Source: Hypanus sabinus
Lineage: Eukaryota
Assembly (NCBI RefSeq): GCF_030144855.1
Contig: NC_082733.1
Location: forward strand, 27,156,001 to 27,220,000
DNA: 64,000 nt
Direction: 5' to 3'
Under the pieces are notes generated by a model. It saw only the letters and a list, made by a program, of their open reading frames with translations. It had not been told where the DNA came from and did no database searches. Positions 25,730-37,569 of the stretch are shown in pieces. Every line of letters begins with the position of its first letter. Positions within the stretch are counted from its first letter, which is position 1. A program made the position numbers and the translations under genes.

Positions 25730-25830
25730 AAAATGGCCCTTCCAAACAATGGAGCATTCACTGCACTTGAGGTAGATTTTTCACTTAAGCTCTGAAAGTA
25801 ATTTGAATCCAAAGTCATCTTCTTCGAAGT
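25730..25830 (-). mobile_element. Deu-SINE-like relic (similar relics at ~2820-2900, ~35580-35670 and ~62030-62155)
   Basis: Resembles the Deu/AmnSINE central domain and tail as recalled; highly decayed. Confidence 0.45.
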
Positions 25831-26107
25831 ACATTTATTATCAAACTGTGTGTATGTACTATGTACAACTTTGGGATTCGTGTCCTTATAGGCAACCACA
25901 AGGAGTTAATTAGGACTTGTTATTAACTAAGTCCCAATCTGGCCCTTTGGCCCAATACTATTTTTCAAAGACATCTATAGAAAATTTAACCAGACTGTGT
26001 GTAAAGAGGGCATCAGATCTAGTCAGCTTTGCAGTGAATAAACTAGGTAATAAAATGGGAACCATTTTTCTTTACCCCCAAATTCAAAATAACAATATTA
26101 ATTGCAT

Positions 26108-26451
26108 ACATGAGGAAATCTGCAGATGCTGGAAATTCAAGCAACACACACAAAATGCTAGTGGAATGCAGCAGGCCAGGCAGCATCTATAGGAAGAAGC
26201 ATTGTCGACGTTTAGGGCCAAGACCCTTCGTCAGGACTAACTGAAAGAAAAGGTAGTAAGAGATTTGAAAGCCAGCTGAAAGAAAAGATAGTAAGAGATT
26301 TGAAAGTGCTCATCTCTCTTTTAAATCTCTTACTATCTTTTCTTTCAGTTAGTCCTGACGAAGGGTCTTGGCCCGAAACGTCGACAGTGCTTCTTCCTAT
26401 AGATGCTGCCTGGCCTGCTGCGTTCCACCAGCATTTTGTGTGTGTTGCTTG
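26108..26451. mobile_element. Palindromic non-autonomous element with hammerhead-ribozyme motifs (Penelope-like), 13-bp TSD
   Basis: TSD ATATTAATTGCAT at 26095-26107 and 26452-26464. Arms ~26137-26270 and ~26320-26451 are near-perfect inverted repeats. Internal 31-bp tandem duplication at 26241-26271 and 26276-26306. Confidence 0.85.
26350..26387 (+). ncRNA. Minimal type I hammerhead ribozyme motif (core intact)
   Basis: GTC-CTGACGA-AGGGTCTTGGCCC-GAAA-CG-TC-GAC: CUGANGA box, stem II, GAAA, minimal stem III, UC cleavage site and a short stem I (GTC/GAC). Confidence 0.7.
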
Positions 26452-26698
26452 ATATTAATTGCATGTTTGATGAGAAATATTTATAAAACTCAACAATGAA
26501 CTAAATAATCCTGCATACCACAATCTTTTCTTGTTGCTCTGTTTCAGCAAATAAATACATTGCTTACAAAATATCACTGGTTAAGTCCAAAGCTACAAGA
26601 TTGTATATATAATATACAAGATATACAAGAGTGTGCTATCACAATAATACGGTAAATAGTCGACTTGGAAAATAAGCTAAAAGTTATTATATACCTAC

Positions 26699-28375
26699 CA
26701 GAATAATTCTTGTCCCTGTTTTCATTAACTTCTGTGCTTGTGGTAGCCACTGTGTCAGCTAAAGCTACAAGAAACATCTGTTCTAATCGTGTAAGTCCCG
26801 GCAAACTTGAGTGCATCAAATGACTGGAAAGCACACGAGCGTGTTCGGGCCCAAAGTATGTTGGTCCATACTGGGATAAATTAATGACTTTGGACTTGGA
26901 TTCCTTCTTTTCAATTACAAAATCCACAAAATCATCTGTGCTTAAGCTTGCGGACTGGAACAAATCAGCATACTGATCCTCCAGTTTTTTACTTTGAGGT
27001 TGTGAGCCTTTGTCTATTTTCGCAGTTTCTTCTGCAATTTTATACGTTGTGTCCTGATCAGCTGATAGCAATGCATAAAGAGGTAGTGGTGGAATTGAGT
27101 CTATTTCTGTATAATCACGAGTACCTTCTCTTCCAGCTATAACTGTGTCTTTCCCTGTACTTCCACTTATGCTGATAGTTCGAGAAAGGTGGCGTCGAGG
27201 ACCTCCTCCTTCACCTGGGTCTTTGTCCCTAAAGATGGCCACTTCTCCAGCAATACACTTAACCAAATGTGAAAGGATTGCCTTAGCTCTGCGCACCTTG
27301 CCTAAGTCCATAAGTTCCAGTAGCTGAGTGGGGTGATATTGAGGAAGAGTAGGAGAGAGAATGTGAGCAGCTTCAAACAATCCACCATCTTGAATCATTC
27401 CTGGGACTCCAAACACATCATCTCCAGTAGTAGTTCCATCAACCACACTCTGCCGCTTTGGAAGCATTTTAGACTCAAATACATCAACATCAATTAATTC
27501 ATCAAAAGATGATATGCTTCCATTTTCAGTATTGCTTAATGGCTTTGTCGAATGCTTCCATTGTGCATACACATGCATTTCACAGTCCATCCCAATTACT
27601 AGAATTCCATCTCTCACCCAGGATAAAGAAACCGGAAGTGAAGGCGTTCCATCTACAGAAGATATCAAATCCACACATCTCAGCAATACCCATTTTGACT
27701 TTGTGCCTTGTTTAATGCTTCCGCCTAGTGGCAAAGTAATTACAGCTAATCCATCTTTACTTGTGGCTTGTTCAGTTACAATCCCTGATAGTCTTCCGTA
27801 CATTAGAATTTTGGAACCCACTCCAACTGTAAGAATATGAGAACCATCTTCTTTTGATACCCAGTCCAAGTGCACCAAATGTTTTATGCTAGACATCATG
27901 TTTTTGCCTTTAAGATATAGGTCTGATTTATTATACACAAATAAATTGCTATCAACACTGACTCTTGAATCCAGGACACCTCCAACCTTGCCTAAATCAT
28001 CCAAATGAACTGTCTGCTCCAGCACCCACTCTGATCCTCCAGTGGATTCACATTCAAAAATGGAGACGTGCATTGAAAATTCTTTTGAAGTAATGCCATT
28101 AGGCTGTAGAGACTCTTTGTAAGCCACAGCCAAACGGCCAGTGTATGAACAGCTTACTGCCACAGGGCGCCCAGTTACACTCACTGCACTGTTATTGTGT
28201 TCTCCTTCTTCATTCATCAAAGGCCAAGTTTCCCAGCAATATGCACGTACTTCTTCAGATTTTGAGTTTTTATCCACAGTACATCGCCAGAATCTTACTT
28301 TACCATCTGAGCATGACGTCACTATTAGATAAGGTGCAAGGCAGACTGGATAAATGGAAGATGAACTCAAGTGAC
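26699..28375 (-). CDS. DMXL2: DMXL2 exon ~18 (1677 nt; WD40 repeats and start of Rav1p_C region)
   Basis: TAG|GT CAC...TCT G|GTAGGT; ORF 26574-28370 encodes HLSSSSIYPVCLAPYL...LPGLTRLEQMFLVALADTVATTS...DKNYS. Confidence 0.96.
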
Positions 28376-28424
28376 CTAAAAGAAAGAAAACCTATTATAA
28401 CAGTGAGACATTCTTAGTTGAAAC

Positions 28425-30275
28425 TGCAGTATACAAGAAAACCAGGACAAGAGAAGGCCATAAGGCCCTTCAAACCTACCCCACCAATTAATATGATCAT
28501 GGTTGTCCTAAGCTGGTCTACACTGCCGTGCCATTTCTCCAGAACCCTCTATGCCTTATCAATATTTATCCAGCTCCACTTCAAGCACTTCCAATGATTT
28601 ACTTTCCACCACCAGGGCAGAGAATTTCACATATTTGCCATCCTTTGTGAGATTTTAAATAACCATCCTCTTATCTTCTAATATGTCCCCTAATTCAAGT
28701 TTCTTCCTCCAACAAAAACAACCTAGTCAGGCCTCCTGTGATCTTGTAGGTCTCAATAAATTCATCATTCATTCCTCTAAACAACAAAGGATACGGTCTC
28801 AATCTGCTTAGCTTTTCTTGATAGTGCTACTCTTCCATCACAGGTATCAGCCTTGTGAATCACCTCTTGACTGCCTCCAATGCCACATGGAAGGCAAGAG
28901 GACCAAAAATGTCAAGCACTCTTCAAAAATTATGTTTGAATAAGGTCGCTCATCATTCTTGTAAAGTCCAAGGAATACAGGTCCAAACTATTTAGACTCA
29001 CTTGGTAGGACAACCCTCTCAATCCAAAGATTAACGTGGTGAATCTCCTTTATACTGCTTCAAATGTTATTCTATCATTTTTTGTTTAATATAAGGTGAA
29101 CAAAACTGCATATAATATTTCAGGTGCAGCCTCATCAAACTCTAAAATTGGAACAAAACCTGATTTTTAAAAAGGCCAAACCTTTTTAAGAAAGTCAAAA
29201 TACTGTTTTTTTTTAACCACTTGTTAGACTGTCAGCTTTTTGTGATTCGTGCACTATGACAGGTAGATCCCTCTGTACTTCACTCACTTGCAGACTTCCT
29301 GCAGTTACATGATAATTAGCTTTTTGAATTGTTACCAAATCACACACCTCTACATATTAAACTGCATTTTCTAGTCTTTAGCTCATTCACCCTATCTGCA
29401 GTATAGACCCTTCCAGAATCACAGTACCCTTATCACAACATGCACTTTTTTTATTTTCTTACCATCAGCACATCAGGAAGCCTGACATTCCGTTCCTTCC
29501 TTTAGTTCATTAATGTAATGAGTGAACAATTGCCAGCCCAAAATTTATCCCTGTGGTGCTCCAGTATTTATCTCTTTCCAGTCTGGAAAGAGACCATTTA
29601 TTTCAACTGTTTTCTGTGAGACAGCCAGTTTCCAATTCATTTTAAATACATTTCATCCAATACCATGGGTTTTTAAATTTATGAATCAACCCCCTACGTG
29701 GCATCTAATGTTTTTCGGAAATCTAAATACATTGCTCTGTACATCTCATATGGACACAGTATATGGTGCCCAATATTAAAACAATTATAGGCTTCTCATG
29801 GCACTCCCATTATTATTCACTTCAGTCATCACCCTTATCACTCTCTTGTTCTGATCTGCAATTGTTTACCTTAGAGGCCTTATAGTCATAGACTCAAACA
29901 ATAGGAAAACAGATTCTTCAGTACAACTAGCCCAGTTGACCAAGTCATCACCTGAATTAGTCCCATTTCCCTACATTTGGCCCATAGCCCCATCTATATC
30001 TGTGTACATGTCTTCTAAATGTTATATTTGTACCTGTCTCTACCACTTTTTCTGATGGCTTATTCCATATACTCAACAACACTGCACGGAAAACTTGCTC
30101 CTCAGGTTCTTTTTTTTAAATCTTTGCCCTCTCACCTTAAACCTATCCCCTTCTAGATGTTAGTCTACCCTATCCTGGGAAAAAGACTAACCATTCACCT
30201 ACTCTGTAACTGTCATGATTTTATAAAGTTCTAAGGTCATCTCCTGAGCCTCCTACATTCCAAAGAAAATACAGA
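28425..30275 (-). mobile_element. Cluster of old CR1-like LINE fragments
   Basis: Repeated CR1-type 3' ends (aggccataaggcccttcaa..., cattcttctaaa...gaatacaggtccaa, accaaaactgc) at ~28430, ~28940 and ~29890; heavily decayed. Confidence 0.55.
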
Positions 30276-30471
30276 TCCCCCAGTTGAACAGGATGTTTTG
30301 GGTCTTGTGCACTATTTTTTTTACAGTGGCATGGTATCAAAATAAGTGTGGTGGCCTGTCATGCACTATCTTATTAATACTACCAGCAAGCATAATTTCT
30401 TTTGCTGCTTACTTTTCTTCAGCACGCTTAATATATTGTACTTCACAATACTCACCCAACTTCAAGTTTCA

Positions 30472-30975
30472 CCATAGAACCACAGTACACTACAGGCCCT
30501 TCAGCCCTCCATATTGTGCTGACTCATATAATCCTTTAAAAAAAAGTACTAAACCCACACTACCCCATAACCCTCCATTTTTCTTTCATCCATGTGCCTG
30601 TCCAAGAGGCTCTTAAATGCCCCTAATGTTTCAGCCTCCATCACTATCCCTGGCAAGTCTTTCCAGGCACTCACAACCCTCTGCGTAAAAAACTTACCCC
30701 TGATGTCTCCCCTGAACTTCCCTCCCTTAATTTTGTACATATGCCCTCTGGTGTTTGCCATTGGTGCCCTGGGAAACAGGTACTGACTATCCACCCTATC
30801 TATGCCTCTCATAATCTTGTAGACCTCTATCAAGTCCCCTCTCATTCTTCTACGCTCCAAAGAGAAAAGTCCCAGCTCTGCTAACCTTGCTTCATATGAC
30901 TTGTTCTCCAATCCAGGCAACATCCTGGTAAATCTCCTCTGCACCCTCTCATTAGCTTCCACATCCTTCCTATGA
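30472..30975 (-). mobile_element. CR1 LINE 3' fragment (younger)
   Basis: ORF ERVQRRFTRMLPGL...LGLFSLERRRMRGDLIEVYKIMRG...FFTQRVV..W..LP. Confidence 0.9.
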
Positions 30976-31189
30976 TAGTCCATAGACCATAGTCCAGATC
31001 ATTCTGCAAAAATATCAACTTAGCCGAAGCAATACCAACCTTCAAAACTGCCTCTGTAGATTGCTAATAGTTGCTTCTACAGCCAGTGCAAGGATTGTAG
31101 CTGGTACATCACCAAGATGTGGATGTGCATAACGACAGAGATTAAATAAGGAAAATAAAATCTACATAAAGTAAATGCAATAAAATTAC

Positions 31190-31390
31190 CTGCAGAAGGA
31201 GTTGCTCGGATTACTTCCACTCCCTCAGGTAGATTTAATTGTTGACTATAGACCAATTTGGAGTTAAGTATCAATTTGCTAGCAGTCTGAAGATTTGCAA
31301 CTGATGCAGAGCGTGGGAGAGAATTTGGTGATAAGCCAAAGCTCTTTTCATCTGATACAGTCAGCAGCTTATCTGATGCGCTCATTTCTG
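31190..31390 (-). CDS. DMXL2: DMXL2 exon ~17 (201 nt; 198 nt if the distal AG of the CAGCAG is used)
   Basis: TTGCAG|CAG AAATG...GCA G|GTAATT; encodes AEMSASDK...ANLQTASKLILNSKLVYSQQLNLPEGVEVIRATPSA. Confidence 0.9.
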
Positions 31391-31589
31391 CTGCAAGTTT
31401 TATGGAGGGAAAAAACACAAAAATTAAAAAGAAATGTATGTTTAATAACAACTAGATTATTCAGTTTTCATATGGTAAATGCATCATACTCTGAGAAAGA
31501 AAAATCAGATTAAGATGTTCCAACTTAATTGTAAGATTGCATTGTGCGGTCAAACTTTTGCCCAGATATTGCTTCAAAGCCCATAGGAT

Positions 31590-33690
31590 GTGGGAATATT
31601 TCAGTGATGGGGCAAGTCAAGTTATCCCCTTTGGTTCAAGAGCCAGATTGTTGAGGTGTTAACAACTTCTCCTGAACTTGATGGTGTGAGTTATGAGACT
31701 CCTAGACCACATTCCTGATAGCAGAAGTGAGAAGAAAGCATAACCTGCACGATGTGGATCCTTGATGACAGATGCTGCTTTCGTGTGACAGCACTCTGTG
31801 TAGACGTGCTCAACAGCAGGGAGAGATTTATCCCTGATGGAATGGGTTACTATCTTTTGAAGGATTTTCCGTTTAAGGGCAATGGTGATTCCATACCAAA
31901 TTGTGATACAACCAGTCAATATATTCTCCACCGCACATCCAGTGCCCCTTGGTAGGTTGGCAAGTCCCTGATCAGAGAGTAGACCCGTGGACTGACCCTG
32001 GAGAGGAGAACTCTATGCATCATGGCAGCCTCGGTCACTCGAATCTCCTCTAGGTATGATTTGAAGCATGCAAGCCAGAGTTCAAAATCGATGCCAGCTT
32101 CGGGAGATTGAGGGTCAATATCCAGTTGTAAAATTTGTTCCATGTTTTAAATTCGCTGTTATAAAATTGATACACCATCAATAACTCTAGGAGACTGGAA
32201 GTGAACGATAGGCTTTTATTAACAGCGAAAAAGGGACCACAATCATGTCGAGGCTGAGGGAGGAGCAGTGCCCCCAATCGCCTTTATACAGGGGTCTTGT
32301 GGGAGGAGCCACAGGGGCAGTCAGCGGGGGGGGGGGGGGGGTGAGTCCAGACAGGTATACATAGTTTATCACACTATGCAAACCTCTAAGGAAGTAGAAG
32401 AATTGCCGTGCTTTCTTCATAATTGTACTTAAGCACTAGGTCCAGGACAGGTCCTCTGAAATATGTTAACACCAAGAAATTTAAAGTTGCTGACCATCTC
32501 CATGTTTGATTGCTCATGGACCTCTGGTTTCCACCTCCTAAAGTCAATTACCAGCTACTTGGTCTTGCTGACATTGAGCAAGAAGTTGTTGCAGTGGCAC
32601 CAATCAGCCAGGTTTTCAATCTCCCTCTTATATGCTGATCTGTCACCACTTTTGATTCGGCCAATGACAGTAGTGTCATCCACAAACTGAAATATGGCAC
32701 TGGAGCTGTGCTTAGCCACACTGTCATAAGTGTAAAGAGAGTAGAGCTGAAGGCTAAGCACTCAGCCTTGTGGTGCACCTGCGCTAAAGGAGATTGTGGA
32801 GGCGTTACTGTTGCCAATCTGAACTAACTTGGGTCTGCAAGTGAGGAAATCAAGGATCCAAATTCACAAGGAGGTATCCAAGCCAAGGTCAAGGCCTATT
32901 GATCAATTTTGAGGGGATGATAATATTGAATGTTAAGCTGTAGACGATAAAGGGGATCCTGATGTATGCTTCTTTGCTGTCCAGATGGTCCAGTGTTAAG
33001 TTAAGAGCCAATGAAATGGCTTCTGCTGTGGACCTGTTGTGCCAGTAGGTCAATTGAAGCAGATCCAAGTTGCTTCTCAGGCAGGAGTTTACAAGTTTCA
33101 TCACCAACCTTTCAAAACACTTCATCAGTGAATGTAAGTATTTCTGGACGAAAGTCATTGAGTCAGCTAACAGCCATTTTCTTAGATGCTGGTATGATTG
33201 AAGCCTGCTTCAAGCAGGTGCGTACTGCCAAAGTGAGAGGTTAAAGATATTGGTGTTCACTCCAGTCAGTTGATCTGCACAGGTCTTTAGTATTCAGCCA
33301 GGTACCCCCTTTCTGTGGTTCTACACTCTTGAAGGATGCTCTCACATCAGCCCCAGAGACTGGTATCACAGGGTTATCAGGGGTTGTGGGAGTTTGTGAA
33401 GGTTTCTCCATGCTTTGATGGTCAAAGAGAGTGTAGGCATTACTCATCTGGAAGTGATGCCTTGTTGTCACTTAGGTCACTTGATTTCAGTTTGCAAGAT
33501 GTAATTGTTGTCCGGCATCCTTCACTGATTCACGTTTAGTCCGGAAATGTCATTTCACCCATGAAATGGTTTAGAGATTGTACTTAGATCTCTTGTATCC
33601 TACTTGGTCATCAGAACTGAATGTCCCTGATTGGGCCCCTAGCAAATTCCCCTGGTTTATCCAGGGCTTCTGGTTGGTGAAGACTCCGAA
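31590..33690 (-). mobile_element. Rex1/Babar-type LINE fragment, interrupted at 31932-32373
   Basis: MKCFERLV, RSTAEAIS.AL, LYSLYTYD, FVDDTTVIG, LLNVSKTK, KARQ..YFLR, ENILTGCITIWYG. Confidence 0.85.
31932..32373 (-). mobile_element. Gypsy-like LTR retrotransposon stub: 206-bp LTR (32168-32373) plus start of gag
   Basis: TGTGAT...GTATCA termini, TATAAA at 32283-32288 and AATAAA at 32215-32220. The following ORF MEQILQLDIDPQSPEAGIDFELWLACFKSYL...LLSRVSPRVYSLIRD resembles a Gypsy gag N-terminus. Confidence 0.7.
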
Positions 33691-34391
33691 TTAATTTGTA
33701 TTAAGTTTGAAATTAATTTAAAAATAATGTTTTTTTTTTCTATTGATTTTGTGTTTGAAAAAGTTAAGTTTTGAGAGCTCTTGAAATGTACCTTTTAAAA
33801 TTCTTTGTAATATTTGGAAAAATAAACAGCATGGGCCAATGGCAGGTAGCCACTGATCTGAGGGCAAAAAGACCTGTTCATTCTTTCAATTTTAATTGTA
33901 ACTTGGCAATCTAACACGCTAAAATACTCTTAGTAAAAATGACACAGTCTATTATGATTTGAATCACATGTAGATCCATAACATGAATTTGCAACATTCA
34001 AATAGAATAGTAATGTTTTGAGAGAAAACACATGACAAATTTGTTCAGAGCAAATAGGAATGGACAATAAATAATTGACATTGCTTGCAATGGGCATATC
34101 TTGACAACATGCACATGTAAAAAGAAAATGTATTAAGTTTATTTGTTCATAATATCAATACCTCACTGTATTACAGTGCTAAATTATTTTTAAGAGGCTA
34201 AGAGACCCAGAATCAACCACCCTAGGGTACACAGCAATACTTCCTAGCTGTTTCCTCTTGTTTCACTGAAATTGTACAACCAAACACCAGGAATTACGTA
34301 AAATGTCTTACCTAAATTGTAATAATATGGAAAAATTTGGCAATTTATCAAGTCTTCTATTGCCATAGGTCAGATCACCGTCTTCTAAAGT

Positions 34392-34686
34392 TATTTATTT
34401 ATTTAGCAATATAGTGCAGAGTAGCCCTTCCAGCCTTTGAGCCTCACCACCCCAGCAACCCCAATCAACTCTAAACTAATCAGTGGACACTTTACAATGA
34501 CCAATTAACCTATCCAATACGTCTTTGGACTGTGGAAGGAAAGCGGAACACCCAGGGGAACCAGACACATTCCATGGGAGAATGTAGAGAGGCTCCTTAC
34601 AGAATGACGCTGGGAATAAACTCTGAAATCCAGAATGCCTCAAGCTGTAAAAGCATAGCTCTAACTGCAAAGCTACTATGGCATCC
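34392..34686 (-). mobile_element. V-SINE-like element with (ATTT)n tail
   Basis: ccaattaacc...gtctttggactgtggaaggaaagcggaacacccaggggaa...ctccttacag V-domain-like core. Confidence 0.7.
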
Positions 34687-35152
34687 ATGGTATGGAGCCG
34701 TTCAGCTGCTCCCTGGATATCCTGTCTTTCGACCCAATTACCAGTTTCTCTAGCAAACCCCAGGACCAAACCAATCCCATCCCTAGATTGGATCAACAAA
34801 TACCAGTGTACCAAGGTATGTGTATTTAAAACTAAGAGTCCATAGGTAATAAAATTCATTAGCATGATTTGACTGCACGAGTCAAATCATTTAAGTATAA
34901 AATATAATATGTAGCTTAAGCAATTTCTCCCACACCCCACTACAGAAAGGAGCATTGCTACCCCTCCTAATAAGTTTGCAAATGACCATAATTAATAAAA
35001 GCAATGATTATTCTTCGACAATACTTTATCTTACCCACAACAAGCAATTTTGGTTTGTCTCTTGTCAAGCAGCCTCAATGGGATAGTAGTAATTTCATAA
35101 TATTTTCATACACATTTAAAGTAATTTACGTGCAACGTTTTCATATACCTAC

Positions 35153-35269
35153 CCATACGGGGCTGCACAGACTTCAAATGCAGATGCCACATGTGAAGAA
35201 TAGATTGCCTCTTCTCACGTTCTATTACCACAAGGTAAAACTTTTCGGAGAATGATGGTGCATGATATC
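35153..35269 (-). CDS. DMXL2: DMXL2 exon ~16 (117 nt)
   Basis: TTTAAG|GA TAT...ATG G|GTAGGT; encodes GYHAPSFSEKFYLVVIEREKRQSILHMWHLHLKSVQPRM. Confidence 0.9.
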
Positions 35270-35790
35270 CTTAAACCATAGAAGTGTATATTATTCAAAA
35301 ATTGATCATGTTTCCCATTGTAATAAGAGAAAGTATAATGGATCATATATCTATCTTACAAACTCCTTACAGGCAGTGGAGGGAATTGAACCCGGGTTAT
35401 CTACACTGTAAAGAGTTATACTAGCCGCTTTGCTATTGTGCTGCCCCTATAGAGTGTTATACTAGAACAGGAAAACAGCTGAAATAGCAAGTAAAATAAA
35501 CGACTATTTAATGAAGAATTCCTAGGAGTTCACTGGTATTCTGAGAAACACCAAGAATTTTTACGTCCTGTTGACAGAAGTGCTTTTCATCTGAATATCA
35601 GCAGCTCAACAATGCAACATTGGCACTTTACTAATACATCAATTTAAGTTTCATGATTAAATCCTGCAAAGCGATCAGAAATAAGAAAACTCCAAAAGTA
35701 AGACAAATTGATATTAGGAGTAGGTTGAAGCTAATGGTGCATTTAATTAAAGCATACCAAAATAAAAGCCTTTTGATTGTTCCAGCGTAC

Positions 35791-35905
35791 CTTGTACGGG
35801 TTGAGTAAAAGACACTCCTTGATCCTTATTTTTTTCTTCCTGTGGCTTATATCCCAGGATAAAATCTTCCTGAAATACATGAAGTAGCTGTGTGTTTGAG
35901 CCACA
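35791..35905 (-). CDS. DMXL2: DMXL2 exon ~15 (115 nt)
   Basis: CAG|TGT GGC...CAA G|GTACG; encodes CGSNTQLLHVFQEDFILGYKP...QPVQ. Confidence 0.92.
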
Positions 35906-36559
35906 CTGAAACAGGAATATAGCAAGGAGTTAGTCATTAAATAATAGCAGATTATTTATCATTTATGAGCTTGGTTTAGGGGAGAATTTTTTTTCACATC
36001 CACTGTGAAACATAGATGATGGGATTATTGCCTGGAGAAGGTCCCAGTTTTAATAATTCCATTCTTGACCATTAAAGCAACCTCATTAAAGAACTTTAAT
36101 TAGCACTAATTTACTTATTAAAAGAAAGTACGTGTCATGCATGCAAAAGGGGGCGGAGGGTAAAGGGTACGGAGAGAAGGGCATCAAGTCAGTTTTGTGC
36201 AAGGCTGTGAAGCCTCAGCAATGAAACATGTGAAGTGGAAGGCACTGCATGCAATACAAAACAAAAGGTCTTGAATAGTTCATAAACACAAAGCTTTCCC
36301 CTGTGAGCTAAAATGCTCAGTGGGCATTTGTATTTCATGTTCAGTTACGAGAAGTTTATGAAACATGAAAGCATCTGTCATTTTAGGGAAAGGATGAGAA
36401 TATTCAATTCACAAAATACAAAAAGTTAAAAAAAACACGACGGAGGAAAAGCATTGCCTCTCGGCAGTAGTAAGATTAATGAATATCTAAGATGCACTTT
36501 GCCAAAACCAGAATCATATCGTCTCTATTTTTCAATGTGCCCTTACAAGTAGAAGACAT

Positions 36560-37115
36560 AAAAAATGTAGAAAATCCAAGTTTTCATACAGCTAATGGCT
36601 AAGAAACAATAGGTAGAACAGTAGGTAGGAAACCAAGTTGCAAGGTGTAAAAAAGGTTACAAAAAGATTATAGATAAGTGAATTACAAAATTTGGCAAAA
36701 ATTATTTTAAAAAAGTCCCGTGGGACAGGATCAATCAGAAAGGCAGGGATTATCAGGGATAAGTAAGCATGATATTTTGGTGGGAGATCATGTCTGACTA
36801 ATTGAATTGAGAGTTTCCAAAGTATAAGGGCAATATGATTGATGTAGGAACTCTACTGACAAGGTCCCATGTGGAAGGCTGGTTTAATTGCTTAAAATCC
36901 ATGGATCAAAGGTAAACTGAATCTAAAACAAGCTTGGTAATAGAAAACTGGAGGGGCAGTTCTATGACCTTCAACTCGTACAAGGAAATGAGGAGGAGGT
37001 AATAAGATAGGAGCTAGAGGGAGGTGGTCACCCTTAAGCTGCAGGAGGCAGGTACCTGGTTGACTGTGGGACTGGGAACAAAAAAAGGGCAGCAGTGCTG
37101 AGTACCCCTGTGGCC
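36560..37115 (+). mobile_element. Decayed CR1 fragments
   Basis: gataagtaagcatg...agatcatgtctgactaattgaattgag...tgacaaggtcccatgtggaaggctgg (SCLTNL/DKVPH-like). Confidence 0.55.
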
Positions 37116-37479
37116 TTAAACATGGTACAGAAAACTGTGATACAGACCATTTTCAAGGAAAACAATACCCCATAATCTGATGGTTATCCATATGAAATGT
37201 TAACTCCCATCACTGTAATTGACATAAGTTTATGTCTTAAATTAAAACTGTACAAAACACTATCCCACAAATTTTGTTTTGAATTTCAGGAAAATGAGCA
37301 ATGTTGTAAATTTTGTGTCAAAATGCTGAGACTTTCTAAATGGATAACTAATTACCAATGGATGAAAGATTATCTTTTTTTAGCTTTGATTCCCAAAATA
37401 GTAAATTTGAAGTCATAACACAGACAAAAGGAAAGTAAAATACTTGTCAAATTCCACACTAATCCAAAGTCCATCTAAC

Positions 37480-37569
37480 CTGAGCTGTTATTACATCCAG
37501 TTCAATAATGCAACCTGGACGAGCTGTTGATTGCTGGCTTACTATGTTGAACACTTCTCCAACAAGTTT
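37480..37569 (-). CDS. DMXL2: DMXL2 exon ~14 (90 nt)
   Basis: CAG|AAA CTT...CAG|GTTAG; encodes KLVGEVFNIVSQQSTARPGCIIELDVITAQ. Confidence 0.94.

Noticed and set aside
23938-26698. U12-type intron as the explanation for the odd exon-19 acceptor
   Set aside because: The donor is GTAGGTAT rather than RTATCCTT, and no TCCTTAAC branch site is visible.
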